Shown: positions 27,637 to 35,045, counted from the first letter of the stretch. The stretch: DNA of 64,000 bases from Gemmatimonadales bacterium (GCA_035517615.1 DATIYM010000020.1:68699-132698); one strand, 5' to 3'. Notes: generated by a model from the letters alone, not told the origin. Made by a program: numbers and translations.

Positions 27637-28179
27637 TTACCTCGTCGGCTCGACTCGCAAGCTATCGTTGAATCGATTGAAGTATTCCGTCATGCCGATC
27701 ACGAGCGTGATCTCGACGATCTGCCCGTCGTCCCACGCGCTCCGCAGTCTCGCGAACAGCTCATCCGTCACGTCGTGGCCGGAATGATGCACGACGTCGG
27801 CATACTCGAGTGCGGTACGCCATCCGGGCTCGAGCGCTTGCAGCGCATCCGCCTCGCCCCGATCCTGAATGGCGTCGAGCAGCTCCGCGCTTGCTCCTTT
27901 CCGTCCTGCCAGGACAGTGTGCGAATTCAGTCAGTAGCGGCAGTGGTTGACGTGCGAGAGCCGTACCCACAGCAGCTCCTTCAGCAGTGCGGGGACGGTC
28001 CCTTCATTCATCACGGTGCGGAAATGCGCGATCATCGTTTGCAGGTGGAGCGGCCGGATCGCCACCGTGCGAAACATGTTGGGGACGTTCCCCCTCTCTC
28101 TGAGATACGTCTCAAAGATGGGCCTGACGTCTTCCGGGGCCGCATCGGGGGCGAGGGGCGGGATTCGGGGTGCGTTCAT
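27637..28179 (-). CDS. Carboxymuconolactone decarboxylase / AhpD-family protein with in-frame TGA in the CxxC motif (predicted selenocysteine, C-R-Y-U, U83)
   Basis: Listed ORF 27931..28251 ends ...LSHVNHCRY at TGA 27931-27933. The same frame continues for 97 codons to TAA 27637-27639, reading LNSHTVLAGRKG...WRTALEYADVV...VTDELFARLRSAWDDGQIVEITLVIGMTEYFNRFNDSL, the normal C-terminal half of the CMD/AhpD fold. The result is the family motif CxxCxxxH with U at the second Cys. Start set at ATG 28179 (GGAG upstream); ATG 28251 is also possible. Confidence 0.75.
27901..27917 (-). promoter_or_regulatory. Candidate bacterial SECIS hairpin
   Basis: Minus strand, 13 nt after the UGA: CUGUCCU-GGC-AGGACGG (7 bp including one G-U pair). 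The G-rich apical loop lies about 21-23 nt from the UGA. Confidence 0.45.
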
Positions 28180-28369
28180 GGGCTGTGGCTCCGCGGGGTT
28201 CGCGACTGGGGGTGCCTGGCGCATTATCGTGAGGCGGGGGAGAGCCGTCAAACGGGCTGCAGAACGCGCGGGCCGCCGTATTCTGCGGTAGAAAACGTCC
28301 CATCCTGAACGGCTTTGCTACGCGTTTCAGGGCTGGCCCGCGCTTTGCCTTTCAGGAGGTCGCATCGTT

Positions 28370-28457
28370 CTCCGTCCAGGGCAAACCACGGGTGACCGTG
28401 GGACGCAAAGCCACAGGGTCTCGACGCAATCCGTTGAGACAGCCTAGCCGCCGGGAG
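28370..28457 (+). promoter_or_regulatory. c-di-GMP-I (GEMM-I) riboswitch aptamer candidate in the pilin leader
   Basis: CAGGGCAAACC (28377-87). A perfect 6-bp hairpin CCACGG-GUGA-CCGUGG with a GNRA tetraloop (28386-28401). GGGACGCAAAGCC (28400-12). A 9-bp P3-like hairpin GUCUCGACG-CAAUC-CGUUGAGAC (28418-40). A closing CUCCG / CGG(G)AG P1. This closely parallels my recollection of the V. cholerae Vc2 aptamer: CAGGGCAAACC..GAAA..GGGACGCAAAGCC. Confidence 0.6.
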
Positions 28458-28499
28458 TCGGATCGAAGCGGGCAGTCCGCTTCGGCCCAACACGCTCTC

Positions 28500-28538
28500 A
28501 CGCCCTGCTGAATGGGGCGGAGGGCGTTTGCGTTTTCC
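28500..28538 (+). terminator. Terminator-like expression platform between the aptamer and the pilin RBS
   Basis: ACGCCCU (28500-06) pairs with AGGGCGU (28521-27) and is followed by UUGCGUUUUCC. An alternative partner GGGCG lies at 28515-19. AAGGAGG sits 5 nt before ATG 28562. Confidence 0.45.
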
Positions 28539-28561
28539 TACACTCACTCAAGGAGGAACGC

Positions 28562-28981
28562 ATGTTGGGTCGTCGCGGCTTCACACTCATCGAGCTGCTC
28601 ATCGTGGTGGTCATCATCGGCATTCTCGCCGCCATCGCGATCCCGAAATTCGCCAACACGAAGGAAAAGGCGTACATCGCCTCGATGAAGTCCGACCTTC
28701 GGAACCTGGTTACCGCCGAAGAGGCCTATTTCGCCGACTCAGTGAAGTACTCGACCCAGGTGTCCTGCGCCAATCCGCCCGCCGCGGGTAAGGTGGCGTT
28801 CTGCACGACGACCGGAAACACGCTGGGCACGCCGACGGTGGGCACGGGCACGCAGGCGGGGTGGACGGCGAGCATCACGAACCTCAACACCACGAAGAGC
28901 TGCGCGATCTACGTGGGGGCAGTGACCCCCGCGGCCCCGGGGCAAACTACCGATCCGGAGGGCGCGCCGGTCTGCCGATAA
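28562..28981 (+). CDS. pilA: Type IV pilin (prepilin-type N-terminal cleavage/methylation domain)
   Basis: MLGRRG|FTLIELLIVVVIIGILAAIAIPKF is the class III signal, followed by a hydrophobic alpha-1 helix. 139 aa. Confidence 0.9.
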   Translation: MLGRRGFTLIELLIVVVIIGILAAIAIPKFANTKEKAYIASMKSDLRNLVTAEEAYFADSVKYSTQVSCANPPAAGKVAFCTTTGNTLGTPTVGTGTQAGWTASITNLNTTKSCAIYVGAVTPAAPGQTTDPEGAPVCR

Positions 28982-29008
28982 TCCTCCTGGCTGGGTAAGT
29001 CGGTCTCA

Positions 29009-29044
29009 TCGAGCGGCGGCCGGTTCGGCGCCGCTCGACGTTTT
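29009..29044 (+). terminator. Intrinsic terminator after pilA
   Basis: tcgagcggcg(g)cc / ggcgccgctcga: a 12-bp GC-rich stem with one bulge and a 5-nt loop, followed by cgtttt. Confidence 0.7.
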
Positions 29045-29062
29045 ATCCCTTACATTCTTGCC

Positions 29063-30553
29063 ATGCCCGACTCGTGGCTCGATACGGACGGCCCCCGTGC
29101 GGAGCGCACCAGCGCTCCCGCGCGGGCATTTCGCATCGAACGCGATCCGCTGGGCGAGCTCGCGGTCCCCGTGGACGCGCTGTATGGCATTCAGACCGAG
29201 CGCGCGCGGCAGAATTTCCCGATCTCCGGGCTGCTCCCGCTGGCGCGGTTCGTCACCGCCGTCGTCGCGATCAAGAAAGCCGCGGCACTCACCCATCGGG
29301 AAACGGGCCGCCTCGAGCGCCGGCTCGCCGACGCGATCGTGCAGGCGGCGGACGAGGTGCTCGGGGGGGAACACCGTGATCAGTTCGTGGTCGATCCCTA
29401 TCAGGCCGGGGCGGGCACCTCGCACAACATGAACTGCAACGAGGTGCTCGCCAATCGCGCCAACGAGCTGCTCGGCGGCCGCCGTGGCGAATACATGCCG
29501 GTTCATCCGAACGATCACGTCAACATGGCGCAGTCCACGAACGACGTGATCCCCACGGCGATTCGCCTCGCCGCCCTGCTCGAAATGGCGGCCTTGCTGG
29601 AAGCGCAGGAACAGCTCGCCAGGGCGTTCCTCGCCCGGGGCCAGGCATTCGATTCGATCCTCAAATCCGCTCGCACCCATTTGCAGGACGCCACTCCGAT
29701 TCGGCTCGGCCAGGAATTCACGGCGTACGGACGCATCTGCGAGCGCAGTCGCGAGCGAGTGGCCCGTGCCGCCGATCCGCTGCGCGAGCTGGGCATTGGC
29801 GGCAGCGCGGTCGGCACCGGGCTCAATGTCGAGCCAGCGTACCCGAAGCTCGTGGTGCGGCATCTCCAGGAAATCACCGGGCTCACGCTCCGCGAGGGAT
29901 CCGACCGAGTCCAGCTGATGCAGTCTCTGGGAGATGTGACGGGGTTCTCGGGTGCGCTTCGCGCCTACGCCGCGGACTTGGGCAAAATCGCAAGCGATAT
30001 CCGGCTGCTCGCGTCGGGTCCCCGCACCGGGTTCGCCGAAATCAATCTGCCTCCCGTGCAACCGGGATCGAGCATCATGCCGGGAAAAGTGAACCCTTCG
30101 ATCGCCGAGATGGTGAACATGGTGTGCTATCAGGTGATCGGAAATGACGTGTGCGTAGGCGTGGCGGCTGAAGCGGGACAGCTCGAGCTCAACGTGATGA
30201 TGCCGGTGATCGCGCACAACCTCCTGTTCACCATGATGATTCTCGCGAACGCGACCCGCGTCTTCGCCGAGCGCTGCGTCTCCGGGATCACGGCCGACGC
30301 GGAGCAGTGCGCCTACTGGCTCGAACGCAGTCCCGCCATCGTAACCGCCCTCGCGCCGCGGATCGGCTACGCCGAAGCGGCGCGGCTCGCCAAGGAAGCG
30401 GTGGCTCAGAACGTCACGGTCCGGGAGCTGGTCAGGCGCAAGGGCTTGCTCAGTGATGCCGAACTCGACCAGGTGCTCGACCTCCGTGCTATGACTGAAC
30501 TTGGGGTACCTGGAGCCCGGCCCCCAAAGCCTGCGGGCGACGCCGGGCATTGA
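29063..30553 (+). CDS. aspA: Aspartate ammonia-lyase (class II fumarase/aspartase family)
   Basis: Signature GSSIMPGKVNPSIAEMVNMVCYQVIGND is closer to aspartase than to FumC. TGxNxN and SxNDVxPT motifs are present. Confidence 0.8.
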   Translation: MPDSWLDTDGPRAERTSAPARAFRIERDPLGELAVPVDALYGIQTERARQNFPISGLLPLARFVTAVVAIKKAAALTHRETGRLERRLADAIVQAADEVLGGEHRDQFVVDPYQAGAGTSHNMNCNEVLANRANELLGGRRGEYMPVHPNDHVNMAQSTNDVIPTAIRLAALLEMAALLEAQEQLARAFLARGQAFDSILKSARTHLQDATPIRLGQEFTAYGRICERSRERVARAADPLRELGIGGSAVGTGLNVEPAYPKLVVRHLQEITGLTLREGSDRVQLMQSLGDVTGFSGALRAYAADLGKIASDIRLLASGPRTGFAEINLPPVQPGSSIMPGKVNPSIAEMVNMVCYQVIGNDVCVGVAAEAGQLELNVMMPVIAHNLLFTMMILANATRVFAERCVSGITADAEQCAYWLERSPAIVTALAPRIGYAEAARLAKEAVAQNVTVRELVRRKGLLSDAELDQVLDLRAMTELGVPGARPPKPAGDAGH

Positions 30554-30583
30554 AACCCGACTTATCGCATCGCATATTGAGGC

Positions 30584-31039
30584 ATGCGAATCACCACCTG
30601 GGGTGAATACGGCCTGATCGTCTCCGTGAGCCTGGCACGGCGGGCGGGAGAAGGTCCGGTCGCCGCTCGGGAGTTGGCTGAGCAGGAGCGGCTGCCCCAT
30701 GATTACGTCGAACAGATCCTGCTGCGCCTGCGGCGTGCGGGTCTGGTGGAGTCGGTTCGGGGAGCCAAGGGCGGCTACCAGCTCGCCCGCTCGCCCGAGC
30801 ATGTCACCGTCAAAGACGTCATTTCCGCCTCAGAGCACGTCACCTTCGAAGTCAACTGCGACGCCCATCCTGTCGACCCGCACCGATGTAGCCGGGACGC
30901 GTCGTGCAGCATCCGGCCGGTGTGGCGGATGCTCGAACAGCGTGTCAACGAGCTGCTGTCGAGCATTTCGCTCGCCGACCTGACGACGCACGACGAGCCG
31001 ACCGTCTATCAGATTACTGGAGTAATGGTCGGGAACTAG
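30584..31039 (+). CDS. Rrf2-family transcriptional regulator (IscR/CymR-like, three clustered Cys)
   Basis: MRITTWGEYGLIVSVSLA...LVESVRGAKGGYQLAR winged helix-turn-helix. A C-x9-C-x6-C cluster (CDAHPVDPHRCSRDASC). Confidence 0.85.
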   Translation: MRITTWGEYGLIVSVSLARRAGEGPVAARELAEQERLPHDYVEQILLRLRRAGLVESVRGAKGGYQLARSPEHVTVKDVISASEHVTFEVNCDAHPVDPHRCSRDASCSIRPVWRMLEQRVNELLSSISLADLTTHDEPTVYQITGVMVGN

Positions 31040-31071
31040 CCTCACTACAACATCGTTTTTTTTCTGATCCC

Positions 31072-31096
31072 AAACCCGACTGGCGACGTCGGGTTT
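31072..31096 (+). terminator. Hairpin between the Rrf2 gene and the rhodanese gene (terminator or attenuator candidate)
   Basis: aaacccgac (31072-80) pairs with gtcgggttt (31088-96) around a 7-nt loop. A T8 run lies 8 nt upstream (31056-63). Confidence 0.4.
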
Positions 31097-31128
31097 CGAT
31101 CTCGTATTTGGATCACAGGGGAGACACT

Positions 31129-31980
31129 ATGGTGGACTACGCGCATCCGGAGGTGCTGGTCTCGACAGCATGGGTCGGCGAGCATCTCCATGATCCCGAC
31201 ATCCGGCTGATCGAAGTCGATGTCGACACGACGGCATACGATTCGGGCCACATCGAGGGAGCGGTGGGCTGGAACTGGCAGTCACAGCTCAACGACCGGC
31301 TGCGGCGCGACATTCCCGACGCGCGCGCATTTGCGGACCTACTGAGCGCGGCTGGAGTGACGCCGAAGACTGCGGTCGTGCTGTACGGAGACAACAACAA
31401 CTGGTTCGCCGCGTTCGCATTCTGGCTGCTGCAGCTGTACGGCCACAAGCGCGTGCGGCTGATGAACGGTGGACGCGCGAAGTGGGTTGCCGAGCAGCGC
31501 GCGCTCGTCACCGCGCCAGCCAACGTAGCGCGCACGAACTATCCCGCGCCAAAGCGGGCCAACACCGCGCTGCGCGCCAAGCGCCCGGATATCGAGCGGG
31601 CGCTGCGCGGCAAGTCGATCGGTCTCGTGGATGTGCGTTCGCCCGCCGAATTCGTGGGCGATATCGTTGCTCCGCCAGGAATGACCGAAACCGCACAACG
31701 CGCGGGCCACATTCCCGGCGCGCACAACGTGCCCTGGGCTCAGGCGGTGGCTCCCGATGGCACATTCAAACCGCGCGAAGAGTTGGAGCGCTTGTATCGT
31801 CAGGCGGGCGTGCTCGACCGTGACGAGGTCATCGCGTACTGCCGCATCGGCGAACGCTCGAGCCACACGTGGTTCGCGCTCAAATACCTGCTCGGCGTGG
31901 ACAAGGTCCGAAATTATGATGGCTCGTGGACCGAGTGGGGCAATCTGATCGGGGCGCCAATTGTGAAGGGGAGCGAGTGA
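31129..31980 (+). CDS. sseA: Two-domain rhodanese, thiosulfate/3-mercaptopyruvate sulfurtransferase (SseA-like)
   Basis: Start moved to ATG 31129 (GGGGAG upstream). HIEGAVGWNW, HIPGAHNVPW and the active-site loop CRIGERSS. Confidence 0.85.
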   Translation: MVDYAHPEVLVSTAWVGEHLHDPDIRLIEVDVDTTAYDSGHIEGAVGWNWQSQLNDRLRRDIPDARAFADLLSAAGVTPKTAVVLYGDNNNWFAAFAFWLLQLYGHKRVRLMNGGRAKWVAEQRALVTAPANVARTNYPAPKRANTALRAKRPDIERALRGKSIGLVDVRSPAEFVGDIVAPPGMTETAQRAGHIPGAHNVPWAQAVAPDGTFKPREELERLYRQAGVLDRDEVIAYCRIGERSSHTWFALKYLLGVDKVRNYDGSWTEWGNLIGAPIVKGSE

Positions 31981-32930
31981 AAACGGCGGCGGATCGGCGG
32001 ACCGGCGGACCGGCGGTCCGTGGAGACTTCATCGAGCCGATATTGTGGAGTCTTGTTGGGAACACGCCGTTGCTCCCGCTCGATCCGCCGATCCGCCCAT
32101 CCGCCGGTCCGCCCGTCTTTCTCAAGGCCGAGTGGTTCAATCCGGGCGGCAGCGTCAAGGATCGGCCGGCCCTGTTCATTTTGCGTGATGGAGTGGCGCG
32201 ACGCGCGCTGCCGGGAAAGCGCCTGCTCGATGCCACGAGCGGGAATACCGGCATCGCGTACGCGATGCTCGGAGCCGCGGCCGGCATTGGCGTGACGCTG
32301 TGTGTGCCGGCAAACGCCAGCGTTGAGCGCAAGGTGCTGCTCGAGGCCTACGGCGCCGACGTCATCTACACCGATCCACTCGAGGGGACGGATGGCGCGA
32401 TCCGCCGCGCGCAGTCGCTTGCGGCCGCGGAGCCCGACCGCTACTGGTACGCCGACCAGTACAACAATCCCGCGAACCCGGAAGCGCACGCGATCACCAC
32501 CGCTCAGGAGATCTGGCGTCAGACCGAAGGCCGCGTCACGCGGCTCGTCGCCGGACTGGGCACGACCGGAACGCTCATGGGAACGGGTCGGCGGCTGCGC
32601 GAGCTGAGCCCGAACATCGAGTTGGTCGCGGTCCAGCCCGAGGGGCCGTTTCACGGGCTCGAAGGTCTCAAGCATCTGGCTACCGCCATCGTCCCCGGCA
32701 TCTACAATCCCTCGATTCCCGACCGCACGGAGTTCGTCGCCACCGAGGCTGCCGAAGCCATGGTGCGCCGACTGGCGCGTGAGGCCGGGCTATTTGTGGG
32801 CTGGTCAGCCGGTGCCGCCGTGGTCGCGGCCGAGCGGCTTCCGGGCTCCGCGCTGACCGTCGTGATTGCCCCCGATTCGGGCATGCGCTACCTGAGCGAG
32901 CGCGAGCGGGTCGAGGGCACCGCGCTATGA
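31977..32930 (+). CDS. cysM: PLP-dependent cysteine synthase, CysM-like (thiocarboxylate-dependent candidate)
   Basis: The GTGA start overlaps the sseA stop. LVGNTPLL, NPGGSVKDRPA (PLP lysine), ATSGNTGIAYA. Confidence 0.85.
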   Translation: MKTAADRRTGGPAVRGDFIEPILWSLVGNTPLLPLDPPIRPSAGPPVFLKAEWFNPGGSVKDRPALFILRDGVARRALPGKRLLDATSGNTGIAYAMLGAAAGIGVTLCVPANASVERKVLLEAYGADVIYTDPLEGTDGAIRRAQSLAAAEPDRYWYADQYNNPANPEAHAITTAQEIWRQTEGRVTRLVAGLGTTGTLMGTGRRLRELSPNIELVAVQPEGPFHGLEGLKHLATAIVPGIYNPSIPDRTEFVATEAAEAMVRRLAREAGLFVGWSAGAAVVAAERLPGSALTVVIAPDSGMRYLSERERVEGTAL

Positions 32931-33379
32931 CGCTGTTCCTGGACGCGAACTTCGTCGCGGCAATTCGCCGCCAGGGCGAAGCGGACTATCCACGAGAGAC
33001 CTGTGGCCTGATGGCGGGATCAAAGCGAGGCGAGAGCACGCGCGTGACGCGTCTCGTTCCCGTGACCAACACCCGGACCGATTCGGCGCACAATCGCTAT
33101 CTTATCGACCCAGAAGAATACCGGCGGGCGCAGATCGAGCTCGACGCCGCGGGTCTCGAGATCGTCGGTATCTATCATTCGCACCCCGACCACCCGGCGC
33201 AGCCATCCGAGTTCGATCGGGAACATGCGCTGCCGTGGTGGAGCTATGTGATTGTGAGAGTCGCGGCGGGACATGCGCAGGAGGTTCGCAGTTGGCGACT
33301 CGTGGACGATCGTTCGATGTTTCAAGAGGAATCCATAACGCAAGACGAACGGAAGGTTGCATGGCAGTCACCGTCCTGA
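32927..33379 (+). CDS. mec: JAMM/MPN+ metallopeptidase (Mec-like)
   Basis: ETCGLMAG plus the HSHPDHPAQPSEFD JAMM motif (E...HxHx7Sx2D). ATGA overlap with cysM. Confidence 0.85.
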   Translation: MTLFLDANFVAAIRRQGEADYPRETCGLMAGSKRGESTRVTRLVPVTNTRTDSAHNRYLIDPEEYRRAQIELDAAGLEIVGIYHSHPDHPAQPSEFDREHALPWWSYVIVRVAAGHAQEVRSWRLVDDRSMFQEESITQDERKVAWQSPS

Positions 33380-34815
33380 TCCCCACTCCACTCCGTCCGT
33401 TTGTAAACGGAAAAGACGCCGTCCAGCTGGAAGGCGGCAGCGTACGCGAGCTGCTCGAGCGGCTCACGCGCGACCATGCCGAGCTCGGCCGCCATCTATT
33501 TGCCGAAGACGGGCGGCTGCGGAGCTTCGTGAACGTGTACGTGAACGATCGGGACATCCGCCATCTGGCGCAGCAGGACACGCGCGTGAGCGCGGGCGAT
33601 ACGGTGTCGATCATCCCCAGCATCGCGGGTGGGGCGGGAACGATCAGCGTCACGCGCAAGCCCGCCGCGGCCCGGTCGCTTCCCAAGCTTTCGCACGAAG
33701 AAATTCTGCGCTATTCGCGCCATCTCATTCTCCCCGACGTGGGACTCGAGGGCCAGCGCAAACTCAAGGCGGCTCGCGTTCTGCTCATCGGCGCCGGTGG
33801 ACTCGGCTCGCCTGCCGCCCTGTATCTGGCCGCGGCGGGCGTCGGCACGATTGGCCTCGTGGACTTTGACGTCGTGGACTCGACCAATCTCCAGCGTCAG
33901 ATCGTGCACGGCACATCGACGGTGGGCGTGTCCAAACTCGAATCGGCGCGGCGCCGCATCAGGGATTTGAATCCGAACGTGCAGGTCGAGGGATTCGAGA
34001 CGCGGCTTACCTCCGAGAACGCGCTCGACATCATCAAGGATTTCGACATCGTCGCCGACGGAACGGACAATTTCGCCACCCGCTATCTCGTGAACGATGC
34101 CTGCGTGCTGCTCGGCAAACCGAACGTGTACGGCTCGATTTTCCGCTTCGAGGGACAGGCGTCGGTGTTCTATGCCAAACAAGGGCCGTGCTATCGCTGC
34201 CTCTATCCCGAGCCGCCGCCTCCGGGACTCGTCCCGTCCTGCGCGGAGGGCGGCGTGCTGGGGGTGCTGCCCGGAATCGTGGGCTCGATTCAGGCGCTCG
34301 AAGCGATCAAACTGGTGATCGGCAACGGCGAGACCCTCATCGGTCGACTGGTGCTGTTCGACGCGCTGCGGCTCAAGTTCCGCGAGCTGAAGCTCGAAAA
34401 GGATCCCAATTGCCCCATCTGCGGCCGGAATCCGACGATCACCTCGCTCATCGACTACGAGGCGTTCTGCGGCGTCACGCCGGAGCCTGGGTATCCCGGC
34501 GCCGAGGTGACCGCGCTCGATCTGAAGGAAGAGATCGACGCCGGCAAGCCGATCGTGGTGCTCGACGTACGCGAGCCGCACGAAGCGGAAATCGCGACCA
34601 TCGAGGGCGCCAAGCTCATTCCGCTTGGTGAGCTCCCCGATCGGTTACGTGAACTCGATGACCACGCCGAGATCGTCACTCATTGTCATCATGGTGCCCG
34701 CGCCGCCAAGGCGCTCGAGATTCTCCGGGCCGCGGGATTCCAGAAGGCCCGAATGCTGGCGGGTGGGATCGACGCGTGGGCGGTAAATGTGGATCCGGAG
34801 ATGCCTAGGTACTAA
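33361..34815 (+). CDS. Fusion protein: CysO/MoaD/ThiS-like beta-grasp sulfur carrier (aa 1-91, ends GG) + MoeB/ThiF E1-like adenylyltransferase + C-terminal rhodanese (MoeZ-like)
   Basis: ATG 33361 (GGAAGG upstream). The N-terminal 91 aa read MAVTVLIPTPLRPF...GDTVSIIPSIAGG (GG codons at 33628-33633). The frame continues without a stop into LSHEEILRYSRHLILPDVGLEGQRKLKAARVLLIGAGGLGSP, CYRC, CAEGGVLG, CPIC and the rhodanese loop CHHGARA. Confidence 0.8.
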   Translation: MAVTVLIPTPLRPFVNGKDAVQLEGGSVRELLERLTRDHAELGRHLFAEDGRLRSFVNVYVNDRDIRHLAQQDTRVSAGDTVSIIPSIAGGAGTISVTRKPAAARSLPKLSHEEILRYSRHLILPDVGLEGQRKLKAARVLLIGAGGLGSPAALYLAAAGVGTIGLVDFDVVDSTNLQRQIVHGTSTVGVSKLESARRRIRDLNPNVQVEGFETRLTSENALDIIKDFDIVADGTDNFATRYLVNDACVLLGKPNVYGSIFRFEGQASVFYAKQGPCYRCLYPEPPPPGLVPSCAEGGVLGVLPGIVGSIQALEAIKLVIGNGETLIGRLVLFDALRLKFRELKLEKDPNCPICGRNPTITSLIDYEAFCGVTPEPGYPGAEVTALDLKEEIDAGKPIVVLDVREPHEAEIATIEGAKLIPLGELPDRLRELDDHAEIVTHCHHGARAAKALEILRAAGFQKARMLAGGIDAWAVNVDPEMPRY

Positions 34816-34850
34816 AGACGTCGAGAAAAAGACGTCGAGAAAAAGACATC
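34816..34850. repeat. Tandem 14-nt direct repeat (2.5 copies)
   Basis: agacgtcgagaaaa occurs at 34816-29 and 34830-43, then the partial copy agacatc. Each full unit contains the palindrome GACGTC. Confidence 0.8.
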
Positions 34851-34877
34851 CGCCACTACCCTCGGGCGCCTCACCTC

Positions 34878-34963
<86 letters not shown>

Positions 34964-34978
34964 CGAAGGGAACGGGAA

Positions 34979-35008
34979 AAGATAGACGGCGGTATAACTG
35001 CAAGTCAA
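34979..35008 (-). promoter_or_regulatory. Sigma-70-like promoter candidate for tRNA-Leu
   Basis: Minus strand: TTGACT (35008-35003), 18-nt spacer, TATCTT (34984-34979). It lies about 15 nt upstream of the tRNA 5' end. Confidence 0.4.
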
Positions 35009-35016
35009 CTATTGGC

Positions 35017-35045
35017 TTGACCACCTCCTGGCGGGTTTCTATCTT
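35017..35045 (+). promoter_or_regulatory. Sigma-70-like promoter candidate for smpB
   Basis: TTGACC (35017-22), 17-nt spacer, TATCTT (35040-45). This would leave only a very short leader before GTG 35058. Confidence 0.35.

Noticed and set aside
28252-28369. A tRNA-Sec, tmRNA, SRP RNA or 6S RNA hidden in the long gap between the AhpD-like gene and pilA.
   Set aside because: I found no T-loop (GTTCRANYC flanked by a 5-bp helix) or other hallmark on either strand. The structured part of the gap is accounted for by the c-di-GMP-I-like element.
28513-28532. Sigma-54 (-24/-12) promoter upstream of the pilin gene (tggggcggagggcgtttgcg).
   Set aside because: GG and GC elements are present, but no register gives the required spacing of TGGCAC-N5-TTGC. 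The segment is better explained as the 3' arm and U-tract of the riboswitch expression platform.
33235-33360. An upstream extension of the CysO::MoeZ ORF to the listed start at 33235.
   Set aside because: This part overlaps the JAMM gene in another frame and translates to Cys/Arg/Gly-rich junk. ATG 33361 has a GGAAGG RBS and gives a typical beta-grasp carrier N-terminus.
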